Shown here piece after piece: positions 9,956 to 21,675 of a DNA stretch of 64,000 nucleotides. A program made the position numbers and the translations under genes. The notes under the pieces were generated by a model, which worked only from the letters and a program-made list of their open reading frames with translations, did no database searches and was not told the origin of the DNA. The stretch's first letter is position 1, and each line of letters opens with the position of its first letter. Source of the stretch: an uncultured Poribacteria bacterium. GTDB taxonomy: Bacteria; Poribacteria; WGA-4E; WGA-3G. The DNA is taken from contig OX639973.1 in NCBI GenBank assembly GCA_951828385.1, positions 2,329,564-2,393,563 on the forward strand. Direction: 5' to 3'.

Positions 9956-12900
9956 TTACTTCCGGATTAGCATTTTTCGTGTGGATGTGAACTCGCTTGT
10001 GGTGAGGGTGTAAAAATAGACACCACTGGCGACGGGTTCACCGAAGGCATTTTTACCATCCCAATAGGCGGCACGAGTTCGGGTTTGATAGATGCCTGCT
10101 GGTTGATGTCCAAGTGCTAACGTGCGAACCAATTCTCCGTTTATAGCATAGATACGTAGCGTGACTTCAGTAGGTTCGGCGAGTTGATACGGTATCCAGG
10201 TCTCTGGGTTGAACGGGTTCGGGTAGTTTGCTAACAGTGCTGTTTCTTTTGGCATCAACGCTGCCAGCAGCTGCTCCAAGTTTGCGATTGCGCGCTGGAA
10301 GGCAAGGGATCCGTCATTCTGCGTCCGTAAGAGATCCAGCACCTGCTGAAGTGTTTCCGGTGTCAGATGTTCTGGCAACGCAACAAAGGCGGGTGCTGCA
10401 GCGCCCGCTGTTTCACCGAAGTGTGTCGCAACGAGGACGAGGTCTTGGATATTAACTGTCCCGTCCCCATTGACATCAAGGCGCGGGTTCTCAGGCGAAT
10501 GGGCACCGAGTGCTGTCGCCACCAAAACCAGATCGATGATATCCGTTTTACCATCTTCGTTGACATCCGATGCAGGTATCGTCGTGGCGGTCTCGGTTTT
10601 TAGGCGGATGCGGAATTCGGGTGAAGTCGTGTGGATTGGTTGGCCGTTGCTATCTCCGGCTTTGAGGTTTCGGAGTCGGACTCGGGTGTTCATCGCTTTT
10701 TTGAGCGTGAAGTTGATTGCGAGAAGCGTCCCGTCTCCGTCTACGCCGCCGCTGGTGAGCCGTGCGGCACTTATCCCTGTAATTCTGCCGGTTGTATTGT
10801 CGATGGTGCCTCTGCGGAAGTAGGTCTGTCCATTTCCCTGTTTGAGGAAGTTGCCTTCGGTGATACTGTTCGCTTTTAGGACGGCTGGGTCGAAGAGGAT
10901 ATCTGTCTGCCATCCGGCTAAGTCTTCCATATTTGCGGCGTTGAGACGGATAACGAATGCGGAGTCGGTTTGGAATTCCGTTGTGTCTGAGGTGAGAGAG
11001 AAGCGGGCACCGGGTGAGAGGACAATGTATTCGGCATCTGAAGTGAACCCGAAAAATCCGCTCCAGCCACCACCTCTCTCGTAAACGGCGACCAGTAGGA
11101 CGTTTTTTCCTGTTTTTAGGGTGACAGGGGCCCGATCTTGATAATTGGAACTCCCTCGATCTACAGGGTTGTAGTGAACTAATTCGCCGTTGAGCCAGAC
11201 TTTCACGGCATCGTCGCTGCCGATAAGCATCGTTGTCTGTTGTTCTCTGGGTGATTCCAAGGCAAGAGACCCGTAAGCGACGTGGTTATCTATATCACCT
11301 GTCCCCAAGCCAATGGCGTTTGCCATGGCGTTAAGGTTATCACCGCCCGTGGTTGCCAATTCTCCGATTGTCCAGACTTTGCTCCCGACAGGATTGCCTT
11401 CGGTTGTGCCGTCCGTAGCGACCTTAAGTTCGGTTACTTCACCGTCACTGGCGCGTGCGAGGAAATCCACGCCGGATCGTGCAGCACTTGCCCCGCCATT
11501 ATTGCCAGTGGAGACGATCATCCATAACCACGGTCCCGTTATTTTCGGCGTGCTGCTGTCTATAAAAGTTCCTGGATTATCTTGCGCGTGTATCGTTGTT
11601 CCGGGTAAACTCTCCAGGGGCGAGAAATCGGATATAGCGTTGTTCCTTAGGTTCACTTCCTTTAGGTTTGTTAATCCTGAGAGCGGAGAGATGTCGGCAA
11701 TCTGATTGTTATCCAACCGTAGTTCAATCAACTTTTTTAGATTTGAGAGGGACGATATATCTGATATCAAGTTTCCTTCCAGATTAAGTTCTTTGAGCTG
11801 CGTCAGTTCTGCAAGTCCGGAGATGTCCGAGATATTTGTACCCGTGATTTCTAAACGTCTGAGTGTTTTTATGCCTGTTAGCGAGGGCAGTGTTGATATG
11901 GTAGGATCATTACCGAATTCTATCCATTGGAGTATCCGTAAGTTTGCTAAGGGTGAGAAATCGGTGATACGTGTATTCCGTGCGGCTATGCCTTCGAGGC
12001 TAATCAGTCCGGCGAGGGGAGACACATTGGTTACTGGGTTCCCTGAGATACCGATGCCGTTCAACTTCTTGAGGTTTTGGAGGGGGGTTAGGTCGGTTAT
12101 CTGGTTTTCTTCGAGCCCCATCCATTCTACGTTGAAGTGTCTTGCAAGCGGTGCAATATCGGTTATCTGATTTCCACGGAGTTTGATGTTATTCAACTTC
12201 GTAAGGTTTGTGAGTGGGGTTAGGTCGCTGATGGCGTTGTGCCGGAATTCTATGCGTTCGAGGTTGATGGCGTATTCCAGGCCTGTTAGGTCTTGGATGC
12301 CGTTTTCATCTGCCTCAATCCGATTTAATCTTTCCATATCTTCTGGGGTAATAGCGGCCCCATTTTCTTTTCCGAGCAGCCGTTCAATCACACTTCTCAA
12401 ATTCGGGTCAGGTATACGGACGGTTCCGCTCGGTGTGGGTTGAACCGGATGGACAGTGCTCGGTGTAGTCGTAACTGGGGTGTCCGGTGAATTTAGAGCC
12501 GTGATGATCTCCGAGAATTGTTGTGTCCACGCGTCCCGTTTCACATTACTACCGCTTGTCAGTCCTGTGAGCCCGAGGTTTTGGAGGCTTGACTTCACAC
12601 GGATTTGTGAGAGGAAGTTCTCGGTTTGTAAGCCGACGGCTGCTGCTGCGTCGGGTGCCTCTAAAGCGTCTTGGAACGCTTCATGGAAACGGTGAACGGG
12701 TTCAATGCCGCCGAACACGCCGCCGGTTTTCTCTAATGCGATTTTGTAGCGTGCGGTATCCTCGGCAAGCAGCGCGTCCATCCGGTCTTGTGTTACATAC
12801 AGCAGCAAAGCGTAGTTTTTATCAAAGGGTGGGTTCGCCGTCTGCTCAATAGCGGTCCGGACTTGGTCCGTAAACGTTTTCATGCCTTCAGTGTGGCAAC

Positions 12901-14119
12901 CGATACATGACAATCCGTTGTGAACGGCTGGGTCTTTTGCAGCGGGGTCGGAGACGATCTCGGTGGGTGCGACATTTATTCGGGTCCCTGATTTATCTGC
13001 GATATAGTACGCTTGTAAACCGTTGGGGAGATTGAAGATAGCTTCGCCGCCATCGCGTTCAAAAGAGAGTGGATGTGTGAAGATATTCTGTGCGTCTGCA
13101 CTACCAGCAAAGTCGTGGCTTTTCCAATAGGCACCGTAGCGTGCGGTGTGTCGTTCTATGACGCGGTTGTGATTTGAGACACCTGAGTCGTTTGTACCTG
13201 CGCGCCATACGCGTCGCCCCGGGTCTCTCTGGAGATTTCGGTCGGCATCCACGCCTAACTCCCGTTCAAGTTCGCGTTCTGTTTCGGGGAGTTGAAGAAT
13301 ATTGTGGTAGAGCGGTGGCAACGAGGCGGTGGCGAGGAACCAATCTACATGTACGAACGGCACCTCACACTCCATTGTCTGTTGGAGATTCGTGAGTTTC
13401 GCGTGGTGCCCGGCTTGTGTCTCTGCATCAAAGGCAACAGCGTAGGGGTAGACGTTTTCGATCTGTGTCCATGCGTCTCGGAGGTCCCAGTCGTAGTTAC
13501 GTAGGTCAATGTAGAAGAGGGTCTCGGCGTCATCAATCGGGTGTGGGTTGTGTATGTCAAATCCCCAGGAGAGGCTGTTGACGAGTTTCGCGAGTGCGAT
13601 TTTATAGGCGTTGCGTGCTTCGGGACTTTTACCGGCGTTATAGAGATGCGTCATCGTGAAGTAGCGCGCGAAGGGTTGGTCGAAGGGGTTGAGTGTCTGG
13701 ATGTGTTGTTGTATTGCAGTGAGCATGGCATCTGTCGGTATGAATGTCACGTCGTGTTGTGTTTCCCAATTGGGTGCGCCTGCTGCGATCCAGTCGCTAA
13801 TAACCTGAAGGGATGCGTCATCGAGTGGGGGTTGTCCGAGTGGCATGCGTTTGGTATTATCGGTTGTGATGAGGCGTGCGTATAGGTTAGAGTTGAGCGG
13901 TTGCCCTCGAACGACGGCTCCGGTACTCACCAATCCTGAAGCGGAGTCGATAACGAGGTTCTCCGTGAAGGTGCCGTGGGGGCCATGGCAGTCAAGGCAT
14001 TTGGTTTGCAAGATGAGATATGCCTGTTGTGCGAGTTCCTGTTGTGCGGATGCTGTGTGTATAAATCCGAGTGCGATGATTGTTAAGAAAATGCGGTAAA
14101 AGTATTTGCTCTGTTTCAT
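9956..14119 (-). CDS. Large exported protein: c-type cytochrome domains, internalin-like LRRs, cohesin-like, dockerin-like and FlgD/T9SS-CTD-like tail
   Basis: AAGGAG before MKQSK; CLDCH and CIGCH haem motifs; IPDPNLR cap then N.I.DL.PL..L repeats; DVNEDGKTDIIDLV; YPNPFNPETWIPYQL tail. Confidence 0.85.
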   Translation of the reverse strand: MKQSKYFYRIFLTIIALGFIHTASAQQELAQQAYLILQTKCLDCHGPHGTFTENLVIDSASGLVSTGAVVRGQPLNSNLYARLITTDNTKRMPLGQPPLDDASLQVISDWIAAGAPNWETQHDVTFIPTDAMLTAIQQHIQTLNPFDQPFARYFTMTHLYNAGKSPEARNAYKIALAKLVNSLSWGFDIHNPHPIDDAETLFYIDLRNYDWDLRDAWTQIENVYPYAVAFDAETQAGHHAKLTNLQQTMECEVPFVHVDWFLATASLPPLYHNILQLPETERELERELGVDADRNLQRDPGRRVWRAGTNDSGVSNHNRVIERHTARYGAYWKSHDFAGSADAQNIFTHPLSFERDGGEAIFNLPNGLQAYYIADKSGTRINVAPTEIVSDPAAKDPAVHNGLSCIGCHTEGMKTFTDQVRTAIEQTANPPFDKNYALLLYVTQDRMDALLAEDTARYKIALEKTGGVFGGIEPVHRFHEAFQDALEAPDAAAAVGLQTENFLSQIRVKSSLQNLGLTGLTSGSNVKRDAWTQQFSEIITALNSPDTPVTTTPSTVHPVQPTPSGTVRIPDPNLRSVIERLLGKENGAAITPEDMERLNRIEADENGIQDLTGLEYAINLERIEFRHNAISDLTPLTNLTKLNNIKLRGNQITDIAPLARHFNVEWMGLEENQITDLTPLQNLKKLNGIGISGNPVTNVSPLAGLISLEGIAARNTRITDFSPLANLRILQWIEFGNDPTISTLPSLTGIKTLRRLEITGTNISDISGLAELTQLKELNLEGNLISDISSLSNLKKLIELRLDNNQIADISPLSGLTNLKEVNLRNNAISDFSPLESLPGTTIHAQDNPGTFIDSSTPKITGPWLWMIVSTGNNGGASAARSGVDFLARASDGEVTELKVATDGTTEGNPVGSKVWTIGELATTGGDNLNAMANAIGLGTGDIDNHVAYGSLALESPREQQTTMLIGSDDAVKVWLNGELVHYNPVDRGSSNYQDRAPVTLKTGKNVLLVAVYERGGGWSGFFGFTSDAEYIVLSPGARFSLTSDTTEFQTDSAFVIRLNAANMEDLAGWQTDILFDPAVLKANSITEGNFLKQGNGQTYFRRGTIDNTTGRITGISAARLTSGGVDGDGTLLAINFTLKKAMNTRVRLRNLKAGDSNGQPIHTTSPEFRIRLKTETATTIPASDVNEDGKTDIIDLVLVATALGAHSPENPRLDVNGDGTVNIQDLVLVATHFGETAGAAAPAFVALPEHLTPETLQQVLDLLRTQNDGSLAFQRAIANLEQLLAALMPKETALLANYPNPFNPETWIPYQLAEPTEVTLRIYAINGELVRTLALGHQPAGIYQTRTRAAYWDGKNAFGEPVASGVYFYTLTTSEFTSTRKMLIRK

Positions 14120-14295
14120 CGTTATTTGCTCCTTAAATGCTTCATGGCAAAATGTCATTTCCCGTATAAACACAAGTCGTCTTTACCGATTAACCCAACC
14201 TACAGAACTGCGGTAGGCACCCCTTCCCTGTAACAGGTGGATGGCTTCGGTTACAAACCCCGACTGCGAAAGGTTTGGTGTCTGTCCTGATAGTA

Positions 14296-16506
14296 TTATT
14301 TCGTGATTAGCATTTTTCGGGTGGCGTTAAAATCGCCTGCTGTGAGTGTGTAGAAATAGATGCCGCTTGCGACGGGTTCACCGAGTGCGTTTTTACCATC
14401 CCAATAGGCGGCACGGGTTCGGTTTTGATAGATACCTGCGGGTTGATGTCCGAGTGTTAGGGTGCGAACCGCTTCTCCCTTTATCGCATAGATACGCAGC
14501 GTAACTTCGGCGGGTTCAGCGAGTTGATACGGTATCCACGTCTCTGGGTTGAACGGGTTTGGATAGTTCGGTAGCAACGCGGTTTCTTCGGGTGCCAATA
14601 GTGTTAGCAGTTTCTGAAGGTTGGCTATGCCTTTTTGGAAGGCGTAGGAGCCGTCGTTTTCGGCATGTGCTTGGGTGATCCATGCTTGTAGGAGGGTTGG
14701 CGACATTCGGCTTGCAGTAAGGATTTGGTTTAGGAAGGGTGCAGCCGCGGGACCGCTGAGTTCTCCGAGGTGTGAGGCGACAAGGACGAGGTCTTGTATA
14801 TTGCGTGTTCCGTCGCTGTTTACGTCGGTTCGGAGGTGAGTGCCGCTGGTTTTTCCGATGTCTTGCGCGACGAGGATAAGGTCGAAGATATTGACTTCGC
14901 CGTCTTTATTGACATCCCATTTCGGGACAGTGATGACGAATTTTTTGTTGATGGGGTTAACGGTATAGTTTGTCCCGTTTGCGAACCCGAAGAACCCGCT
15001 GAATGCGCCGTGTCCCCAGTTATCAACGGCGACGAGGAGGACGTTTACCCCAGTTTTGAGTGTTACGGGGAAAGCGTCTTGAAAATCCCCTGCGCCGCGT
15101 TTTATAGGGTTGTAGTGGACCATCTCGCCGTTGAGCCAGACTTTTACGGAGTCGTTGCTGCCGACGAGCATGGTTGTTTCCTGTTTTTGAGGTGAATTGA
15201 GGGTAACCGACCCGTAGACGACGTGGTCGTATATATCGGAGCCGAAGCCCCATCCGAGTGCGTCTGTCATTTCGTTGATGTTATCACCACCAGTAGGTGC
15301 AAGTGTATGTGCCTCCCATTCACTATCGCCGACGGCTTTCCCTTCGGTTGCCCCGAAGGTGGAGATTTTGATTTCAGTCGCTGCGCCGCCGGTTGCTTTC
15401 GCGATGCGGTCGGTATCCTTGTCACTTAGTGTGCCAGGGACGATTACCCAGAGCCAGGGCCCTTCGATTTTGGGACCGGCTTCTGGGAATGTGGTATTCA
15501 CGAAATTAGAGTGTGTGATGGTTGTGTGTTCCGCGAACCTGTCGAAGACGGTTTCGTCCGGTATGGTATTGCCGGTAAGCCCGATCCAGTTGAGGTTGTC
15601 CAAATTCGCGAGGGGTGATGGATCTGTTATGCGATTATCGCTGAGGTCTATCCATGTGAGCCCCTGAATTTCAGCGAGGGGTGAGACATCCGAGATAGCG
15701 TTTTCTGACAGGTCTGCCCACGTCAGGTTCGTTAGGTTTTCGAGGTGCGATATATCGGAGATTTGGTTGTTGTGGAAATTGATGCGTCTGAGGTTGGTTA
15801 ACCCTGCTATTGGTGAAAGGTCTGTTACCTGGCTACTAACGATATAGAGTTCTGTTAAACTTTTTGCTTTTGCTAAGGGTGAGAGGTCTGATATTTCTGA
15901 TCCGCACACGTTTAGGTGGCGAAATTTGGGGAGTTCTGCGATGCCTTCAAGGTTTATGACAGGTGTTCCCCATCCGTGAAAGTTTCGGAGGCTAATCAAC
16001 CCGGAGAGGGGGGCAAGGTCGGCGAGTGGATTGTCCGACATCCCTATGACTTCGAGTCTTATGAGTCCGGCGAGAGGGGATAAATCCGATACGAGGTTGT
16101 GATGAATGCCTATCTCTCTTAGGTCGGTAAGGGATGCAAGCGGTGATATGTCAAGTATTGCATTGTTGTTTAGGGCAAGCTGTGTTAAGCGTGTGAGGCT
16201 TTCAAGGGGTGTAAGGTCGGATATCAAGTTGTCCCGCAGTGCTAAATCTCGGAGGTTTGTTGCGGTTTCGAGTCCGGTCAAATCAGTAATCTCTCTGTTA
16301 TCGGCAAACAGTTCGGTCAGTGTCAGCATCTCTTCGTGTGTGATGCGTGCGTTTTCGGGTTTACCGAGGGCTTCGTTAATAGCGGCGCGTAGGTTGACAT
16401 CTGGGATGCTGACAACTTGTGCGGATGCGGTTAGCGGTGCCAAGAAGAGTGCGGTGGAAAGCGCGATTATACTTAAGAAAATGTGTTGTTTATTGGCAAT
16501 TTGCAT
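14296..16506 (-). CDS. Exported LRR protein with dockerin-like and FlgD/T9SS-CTD-like tail
   Basis: Signal peptide, IPDVNLR cap, LRRs, GPWLW domain shared with the neighbour, DVNKDGEVNIFDL, YPNPFNPETWIPYQL. Confidence 0.88.
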   Translation of the reverse strand: MQIANKQHIFLSIIALSTALFLAPLTASAQVVSIPDVNLRAAINEALGKPENARITHEEMLTLTELFADNREITDLTGLETATNLRDLALRDNLISDLTPLESLTRLTQLALNNNAILDISPLASLTDLREIGIHHNLVSDLSPLAGLIRLEVIGMSDNPLADLAPLSGLISLRNFHGWGTPVINLEGIAELPKFRHLNVCGSEISDLSPLAKAKSLTELYIVSSQVTDLSPIAGLTNLRRINFHNNQISDISHLENLTNLTWADLSENAISDVSPLAEIQGLTWIDLSDNRITDPSPLANLDNLNWIGLTGNTIPDETVFDRFAEHTTITHSNFVNTTFPEAGPKIEGPWLWVIVPGTLSDKDTDRIAKATGGAATEIKISTFGATEGKAVGDSEWEAHTLAPTGGDNINEMTDALGWGFGSDIYDHVVYGSVTLNSPQKQETTMLVGSNDSVKVWLNGEMVHYNPIKRGAGDFQDAFPVTLKTGVNVLLVAVDNWGHGAFSGFFGFANGTNYTVNPINKKFVITVPKWDVNKDGEVNIFDLILVAQDIGKTSGTHLRTDVNSDGTRNIQDLVLVASHLGELSGPAAAPFLNQILTASRMSPTLLQAWITQAHAENDGSYAFQKGIANLQKLLTLLAPEETALLPNYPNPFNPETWIPYQLAEPAEVTLRIYAIKGEAVRTLTLGHQPAGIYQNRTRAAYWDGKNALGEPVASGIYFYTLTAGDFNATRKMLITK

Positions 16507-16989
16507 TGTGTTGTGTCTCCGTATTATGCGGATTTTTCGTCATAAACTTTGTATCGAGTGTGAAGCCTCTGTTTTTTCAAATTTTAACAAATCTAACGAG
16601 AATCGTCAACTAAAAAACAGGATTATTTATCGTTGATTTTTGCGAAAAATTCGGCGTGTTCCCTGTTTCCCTTGCACAACCTAACAGCTTATGCTACAAA
16701 GTGGTAACTTAGATTCGTTGAAAGTGGTGCCTAAATATTCTTGTAGGGGTGTTTTTGCTTGGGTGTTTCCACCAGGTCTCCCAACCCGTAAGATGAACGG
16801 ATAGCAGATCTGCCAGAGAGCGAGGGAACCTCGCCCTACGATGGTGGCATATCCTAACGTTTGGAATAATGAACCACCTTCAACTATAGTAAAACCTATA
16901 ATTAATTGGGCACTTCCAAACAGTCTGAATGCCTATGACAGGCATTCAGACTGGCACAAACTGGAAGTTTATGCTACAAAGATGTCTAC

Positions 16990-17855
16990 GTAGTGTTTAC
17001 ATTTTTTTGGCAGTAATGAGTACAGCTGCGAAATAGACGAAACCGAGGTAGCGACGGGCGTATTTATCATAACGTGTAGCCACCCGACGATACTGCTTCA
17101 ACCGATGAAAAAAACGTTCGATAACATTACGAAGTTTATACAAGTCTTTATCATAAGGGCGATCTTCAAGACGGTTCTTCCGGGGACGGATCACCGGAAC
17201 ACTTCCTTGATCAACGATCTCTGCTCTCAAAGCATCCGAGTCATAGGCAGCATCGGCAATGACAGCGTCGCAGGTGTAGCCAGCAATCAACGCAGGCGCT
17301 TGTGTCACATCGTGACGCGCACCTGCCGTCAAGATAAAGCGTAATGGCAGAAAGGTATCACTTACAGCCGCATGGAGTTTCGTGGTAAAGCCACCATGAC
17401 TTCGCCCGAGGGCTTCACCGGCTTGTCCTTCATTTTTTTTTTAGGGGCACCGGCTGCAGAGGAATGCGCCCGAATGACCGTTGAATCCACGAGGAGCGCA
17501 GAGATCTCACCGGCATCATGGAAATGTTCATGGAGTTTTTCAAAGACCCCAGCATCACACCATCTGCCGAAACGTCTATAGATAGTATTCCAATAACCAT
17601 AAACTTTCGGCAGCGCACGCCAAGTGGCTCCCTGTTTTGTTATCCAGACGATTGCCGAGAGAAAACGTCTACAGTCTTCGGGTTTACCGACATAAACGTT
17701 TCCTAACGTTTTCAGAAACGGGTGGATGCTCTGCCAAGCAGCATCACTAATCATCATAGGAAAATCTTGAGTGTTATCTATCTTTTGAGTTTTCATAGAA
17801 AATAGTCTACCAATCCATGCTCAAAATGTCAATAACTTCTAAATGTAAACACTAC
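16990..17855 (-). mobile_element. IS5-family insertion sequence, 866 bp
   Basis: 15-bp TIR GTAGTGTTTACATTT / AAATGTAAACACTAC; CTAC direct repeat at 16986-16989 and 17856-17859. Confidence 0.92.
16997..17796 (-). CDS. IS5-family DDE transposase split by a -1 frameshift
   Basis: OrfA (GATWRALP, WNTIYRRFGRW, DSTVIRAH, GAPKKK) joins, via the A10 run at 17433-17442, a -1 frame LGRSHGGFTTKLH...ADAAYDS...RNVIERFFHRLKQYRRVATRYDK. Confidence 0.9.
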
Positions 17856-17997
17856 CTACTTATTTTTAGGATTCACTATAAATAGCCCTGGAGGTTCACA
17901 GGCTTTAAATGGACATAGTGGTCTCATGTACGGTATACTATAATGCACGATGTCCGTATCACTTGAGGACTTCTAAAAGGAGAAAAAAATATACCGT

Positions 17998-20900
17998 ATG
18001 GCAAATTCTGAACGGATAACATATCTTAAAAACGAACTGGAGAAACGGATTCTGATTCTTGACGGTGCGATGGGATCGCTGTTGCAGACCTATCGGCTCA
18101 CAGAAGCAGATTTTCGTGGCGACCCGTTTGCAGATCACCCGTGCGACCTCAAAGGTTATAACGACCTACTCTCTATAACCCAGCCGCACATTGTCCGAGA
18201 AATACACGCAAACTATTGTAGTGCTGGCGCGGACATCATCGAAACCAATACCTTTACGAGTACGTCTGTCTCAATGGCGGATTATCAACTCCAAGATATC
18301 GCGTATCAGGTGAACTATGCGGCTGCGTGCATTGCTCGTGAAGTTGCAGATAAATGGACATCGCCCAATAAACCGCGTTTCGTTGCCGGAAGCATGGGAC
18401 CGACGAATCGCAGCTGCACTATCTCGCCGAACGTCAACGACCCCGGCTATCGAAATATCACGTTTTCACAACTCGTTTCTGCCTACACAACGCAAGCAGA
18501 AGGCTTAATTGACGGTGGTGTTGATCTCCTCCTCGTCGAAACCGTCATGGACACGCTCAATTGTAAAGCCGCGCTCTTTGCGATACAAACGCTTGCGGAG
18601 ACGCGAGACATTGACATCCCGCTTATCGTCTCCTCTGACAGAAGTGGTGGCGGTGGACGCAACCTTTCAGGGCAAACGGTTGAAGCGTTTTGGAACTCTG
18701 TTCGGCATGCCAACCTGCTTGCTGTCGGATTGAATTGCGGGTTTGGTGCACAACAAATCCGTCCCTACCTCGCAGAGATGGCAAAGATGGCGGACATACC
18801 CGTTATCTGTTATCCGAACGCTGGACTCCCCAACGAACTCGGCCAGTATACACAAACGCCAGCGGAAATGGGAGATTGGATGCATGAATTCGCGCAAAAC
18901 GGCTTCGTCAATATCGTCGGTGGATGTTGCGGAAGTCAACCTGAACACATCGAAACGATTGCGAAAGTCGCCGCTGAATACCCGCCACGTCAACCTACGC
19001 CACAGGAACGCGCCTGCCGTCTGAGCGGTTTAGAGGCGTTCAACATCACGCAGGATTCTCTCTTTGTTAACGTTGGTGAACGGACAAACGTAACAGGATC
19101 CCGCCGATTTGCGACGCTCATTAAAAACGAGGACTACGAAACCGCTTTAGAGGTAGCCCGCGACCAAGTGGAAAATGGTGCACAACTTATCGATATTAAT
19201 ATGGATGCCGGGATGTTAGATGCGAAAACCGCAATCGTTAAGTTCTTGAACCTCATTGCCGCTGAACCCGACATTAGTCGTGTGCCGATCATGCTGGATT
19301 CGAGTCGGTGGGAGGTGATAGAAGCAGGATTGGCGTGCGTTCAGGGGAAAGGGATCGTCAACTCAATTAGCTTGAAAGAGGGTGAGGCAGATTTCTTAGC
19401 GAAAGCGCGACTGATCCGTCGATACGGTGCCGCCGTTATCGTCATGGCGTTCGATGAAAAAGGACAAGCAGACACCTACGAACGGAAGGTGGAGATCTGC
19501 CGTCGGGCGTACCGACTCTTGACAGAAGCGGTCAGGTTTCCACCAGAGGACATTATCTTCGATCCGAACATCTTCGCCGTTGCAACCGGCATTGAGGAAC
19601 ACAACACATACGCGAAGGCATTTATTGAGGCGTGTGAGAAGATTAAAGCCATCTGTCCGGACGCGTTGGTGAGCGGGGGCGTTAGCAATATCTCTTTCGC
19701 CTTCCGTGGCAACGATACGGTACGAGAGGCGATGCACGCAGCGTTCCTCTACCACGCCATCAATGCCGGTATGGACATGGGAATCGTCAATGCCGGGCAA
19801 CTCGCGGTCTATGACGATCTCCCTAAAACGCTTTTGGAAGCAGTGGAGGATGTCCTGTTCAACCGGAGGGAAGATGCCACAGATAGGCTTGTCACGCTCG
19901 CTGGCACGCTGCAAGGGAAAGGTAAAAAGAAGCGTGTGAGTCGAAAATGGCGGAAACTGCCGGTTGAAAAACGGCTCAGTCACGCGCTTGTCGAAGGGAT
20001 TATCGAATACATCAAAGATGATACAGAAGAAGCACGCCTTACATACGAACGTCCAATACGGGTAATTGAAGGCCCCTTGATGGACGGTATGAACCGTGTC
20101 GGTGAACTTTTTGGCGACGGCAAAATGTTCCTACCGCAAGTGGTCAAAAGTGCGCGCGTGATGAAAAAGGCGGTCGCGCATCTCATACCCTTTATTGAAA
20201 AGGAACAGGCGGAAGGGGCTATCCGATCAAGAGGCAAGATCGTGATGGCGACGGTGAAAGGCGATGTACACGACATCGGTAAGAATATCGTCGGTGTTGT
20301 ACTGGGGTGCAACAATTACGAAGTTATCGATCTTGGGGTGATGGTGCCAGCCGAAGATATTCTGGAGACGGCACGGCAAGAGAACGCCGATATTATCGGA
20401 TTAAGTGGACTCATCACGCCATCGTTAGACGAGATGGTACATGTCGCTGAAGAGATGGAACGGGAAGGCTTCCGTATCCCACTCCTCATCGGCGGCGCGA
20501 CGACTTCCAAGATACATACTGCTGTCCAAATTGAACCTGCCTACAACGGCTCAACGATCCACGTCAAAGATGCATCCCGGAGTGTTGGGGTTGTCAGCGA
20601 TTTGATGAGCAGTGAAAGACAGGGGGCGCTCACCGAACAGATCCGTGAAGAATATACAGAAATCCGGGAACACCGTGCGAAAAATCGGAAACAGGCGAAC
20701 TTGCTTGCCTTCGGTGTGGCACAAGAGCGAAAGTTCATGCCGGACTGGCAGCATTACCGACCCTCTAAGCCTTCGACGATGGGCGTTACGGTCTTTGATG
20801 ACTACGCTTTGGAGAAACTCGTTGACTATATCGACTGGAGTCCGTTCTTTATGACTTGGGGCCTCCGTGGTAAGTATCCAAATATATTGGAGAATCCGGA

Positions 20901-21675
20901 GGTCGGTGAGGAGGCGCGCAAACTCCTAAAAGATGCCGAAGCACTCCTCCGCATCATCGTTGAAGAAAAAAGGGTTCAGGCACGCGCTGCCGTTGGACTT
21001 TTCCCCGCCAACGGTGTCGGTGAAGACACTGAAATCTATGCCGACGCAGCGCGGACGGCACCCATCGCTACACTGCACCACCTACGCCAACAGACGGAAC
21101 AGCCGTTCACGCGACCGAATCTCAGCCTCGGTGATTTCATTGCACCAAAAACGACATCAGTGCCTGACTATATCGGGGCGTTTGCGGTGACAACGGGCAT
21201 CGGTGTCTCTGAATTCTGTGCCGAATTTGAGCAGCAGCAGGACGATTATAACAGCATTATGGCGAAGGCGTTGGCAGACCGGCTCGCAGAGGCTTTCGCG
21301 GAGAAGATGCATCAGCACGTCCGCACAAAAATTTGGGGGTATGCCGTTGATGAAGCATTGGATAACGATGCCTTAATCGCCGAAAAATACCGCGGGATTC
21401 GTCCGGCACCCGGTTATCCGGCATGTCCCGACCATAACCAAAAACGGGTGTTGTTTGATGTGTTGAATGCAACAGAAAACACGGGTATCTCTCTCACTGA
21501 GAGTCTGGCGATGTTCCCTGCAGCGTCTGTGAGTGGGTGGTATTATTCGCATCCAGAGGCGCGGTATTTCAGCATCGGTAGGATCGGGGAGGATCAGGTC
21601 GCGGATTATGCGGAACGCACCGGCATGGACATCGAAACAGCAAGACGGTGGCTGAAGCCCTTGCTTACGTCATAG
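17998..21675 (+). CDS. metH: Cobalamin-dependent methionine synthase
   Basis: [36 protein letters not shown]12-binding motif, [12 protein letters not shown]. Confidence 0.98.
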   Translation: MANSERITYLKNELEKRILILDGAMGSLLQTYRLTEADFRGDPFADHPCDLKGYNDLLSITQPHIVREIHANYCSAGADIIETNTFTSTSVSMADYQLQDIAYQVNYAAACIAREVADKWTSPNKPRFVAGSMGPTNRSCTISPNVNDPGYRNITFSQLVSAYTTQAEGLIDGGVDLLLVETVMDTLNCKAALFAIQTLAETRDIDIPLIVSSDRSGGGGRNLSGQTVEAFWNSVRHANLLAVGLNCGFGAQQIRPYLAEMAKMADIPVICYPNAGLPNELGQYTQTPAEMGDWMHEFAQNGFVNIVGGCCGSQPEHIETIAKVAAEYPPRQPTPQERACRLSGLEAFNITQDSLFVNVGERTNVTGSRRFATLIKNEDYETALEVARDQVENGAQLIDINMDAGMLDAKTAIVKFLNLIAAEPDISRVPIMLDSSRWEVIEAGLACVQGKGIVNSISLKEGEADFLAKARLIRRYGAAVIVMAFDEKGQADTYERKVEICRRAYRLLTEAVRFPPEDIIFDPNIFAVATGIEEHNTYAKAFIEACEKIKAICPDALVSGGVSNISFAFRGNDTVREAMHAAFLYHAINAGMDMGIVNAGQLAVYDDLPKTLLEAVEDVLFNRREDATDRLVTLAGTLQGKGKKKRVSRKWRKLPVEKRLSHALVEGIIEYIKDDTEEARLTYERPIRVIEGPLMDGMNRVGELFGDGKMFLPQVVKSARVMKKAVAHLIPFIEKEQAEGAIRSRGKIVMATVKGDVHDIGKNIVGVVLGCNNYEVIDLGVMVPAEDILETARQENADIIGLSGLITPSLDEMVHVAEEMEREGFRIPLLIGGATTSKIHTAVQIEPAYNGSTIHVKDASRSVGVVSDLMSSERQGALTEQIREEYTEIREHRAKNRKQANLLAFGVAQERKFMPDWQHYRPSKPSTMGVTVFDDYALEKLVDYIDWSPFFMTWGLRGKYPNILENPEVGEEARKLLKDAEALLRIIVEEKRVQARAAVGLFPANGVGEDTEIYADAARTAPIATLHHLRQQTEQPFTRPNLSLGDFIAPKTTSVPDYIGAFAVTTGIGVSEFCAEFEQQQDDYNSIMAKALADRLAEAFAEKMHQHVRTKIWGYAVDEALDNDALIAEKYRGIRPAPGYPACPDHNQKRVLFDVLNATENTGISLTESLAMFPAASVSGWYYSHPEARYFSIGRIGEDQVADYAERTGMDIETARRWLKPLLTS

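Noticed and set aside
17860-17997. SAM/cobalamin riboswitch upstream of metH
   Set aside because: Only about 55 nt lie between the likely -10 (TATACT) and the ATG, and no riboswitch consensus was recognised.
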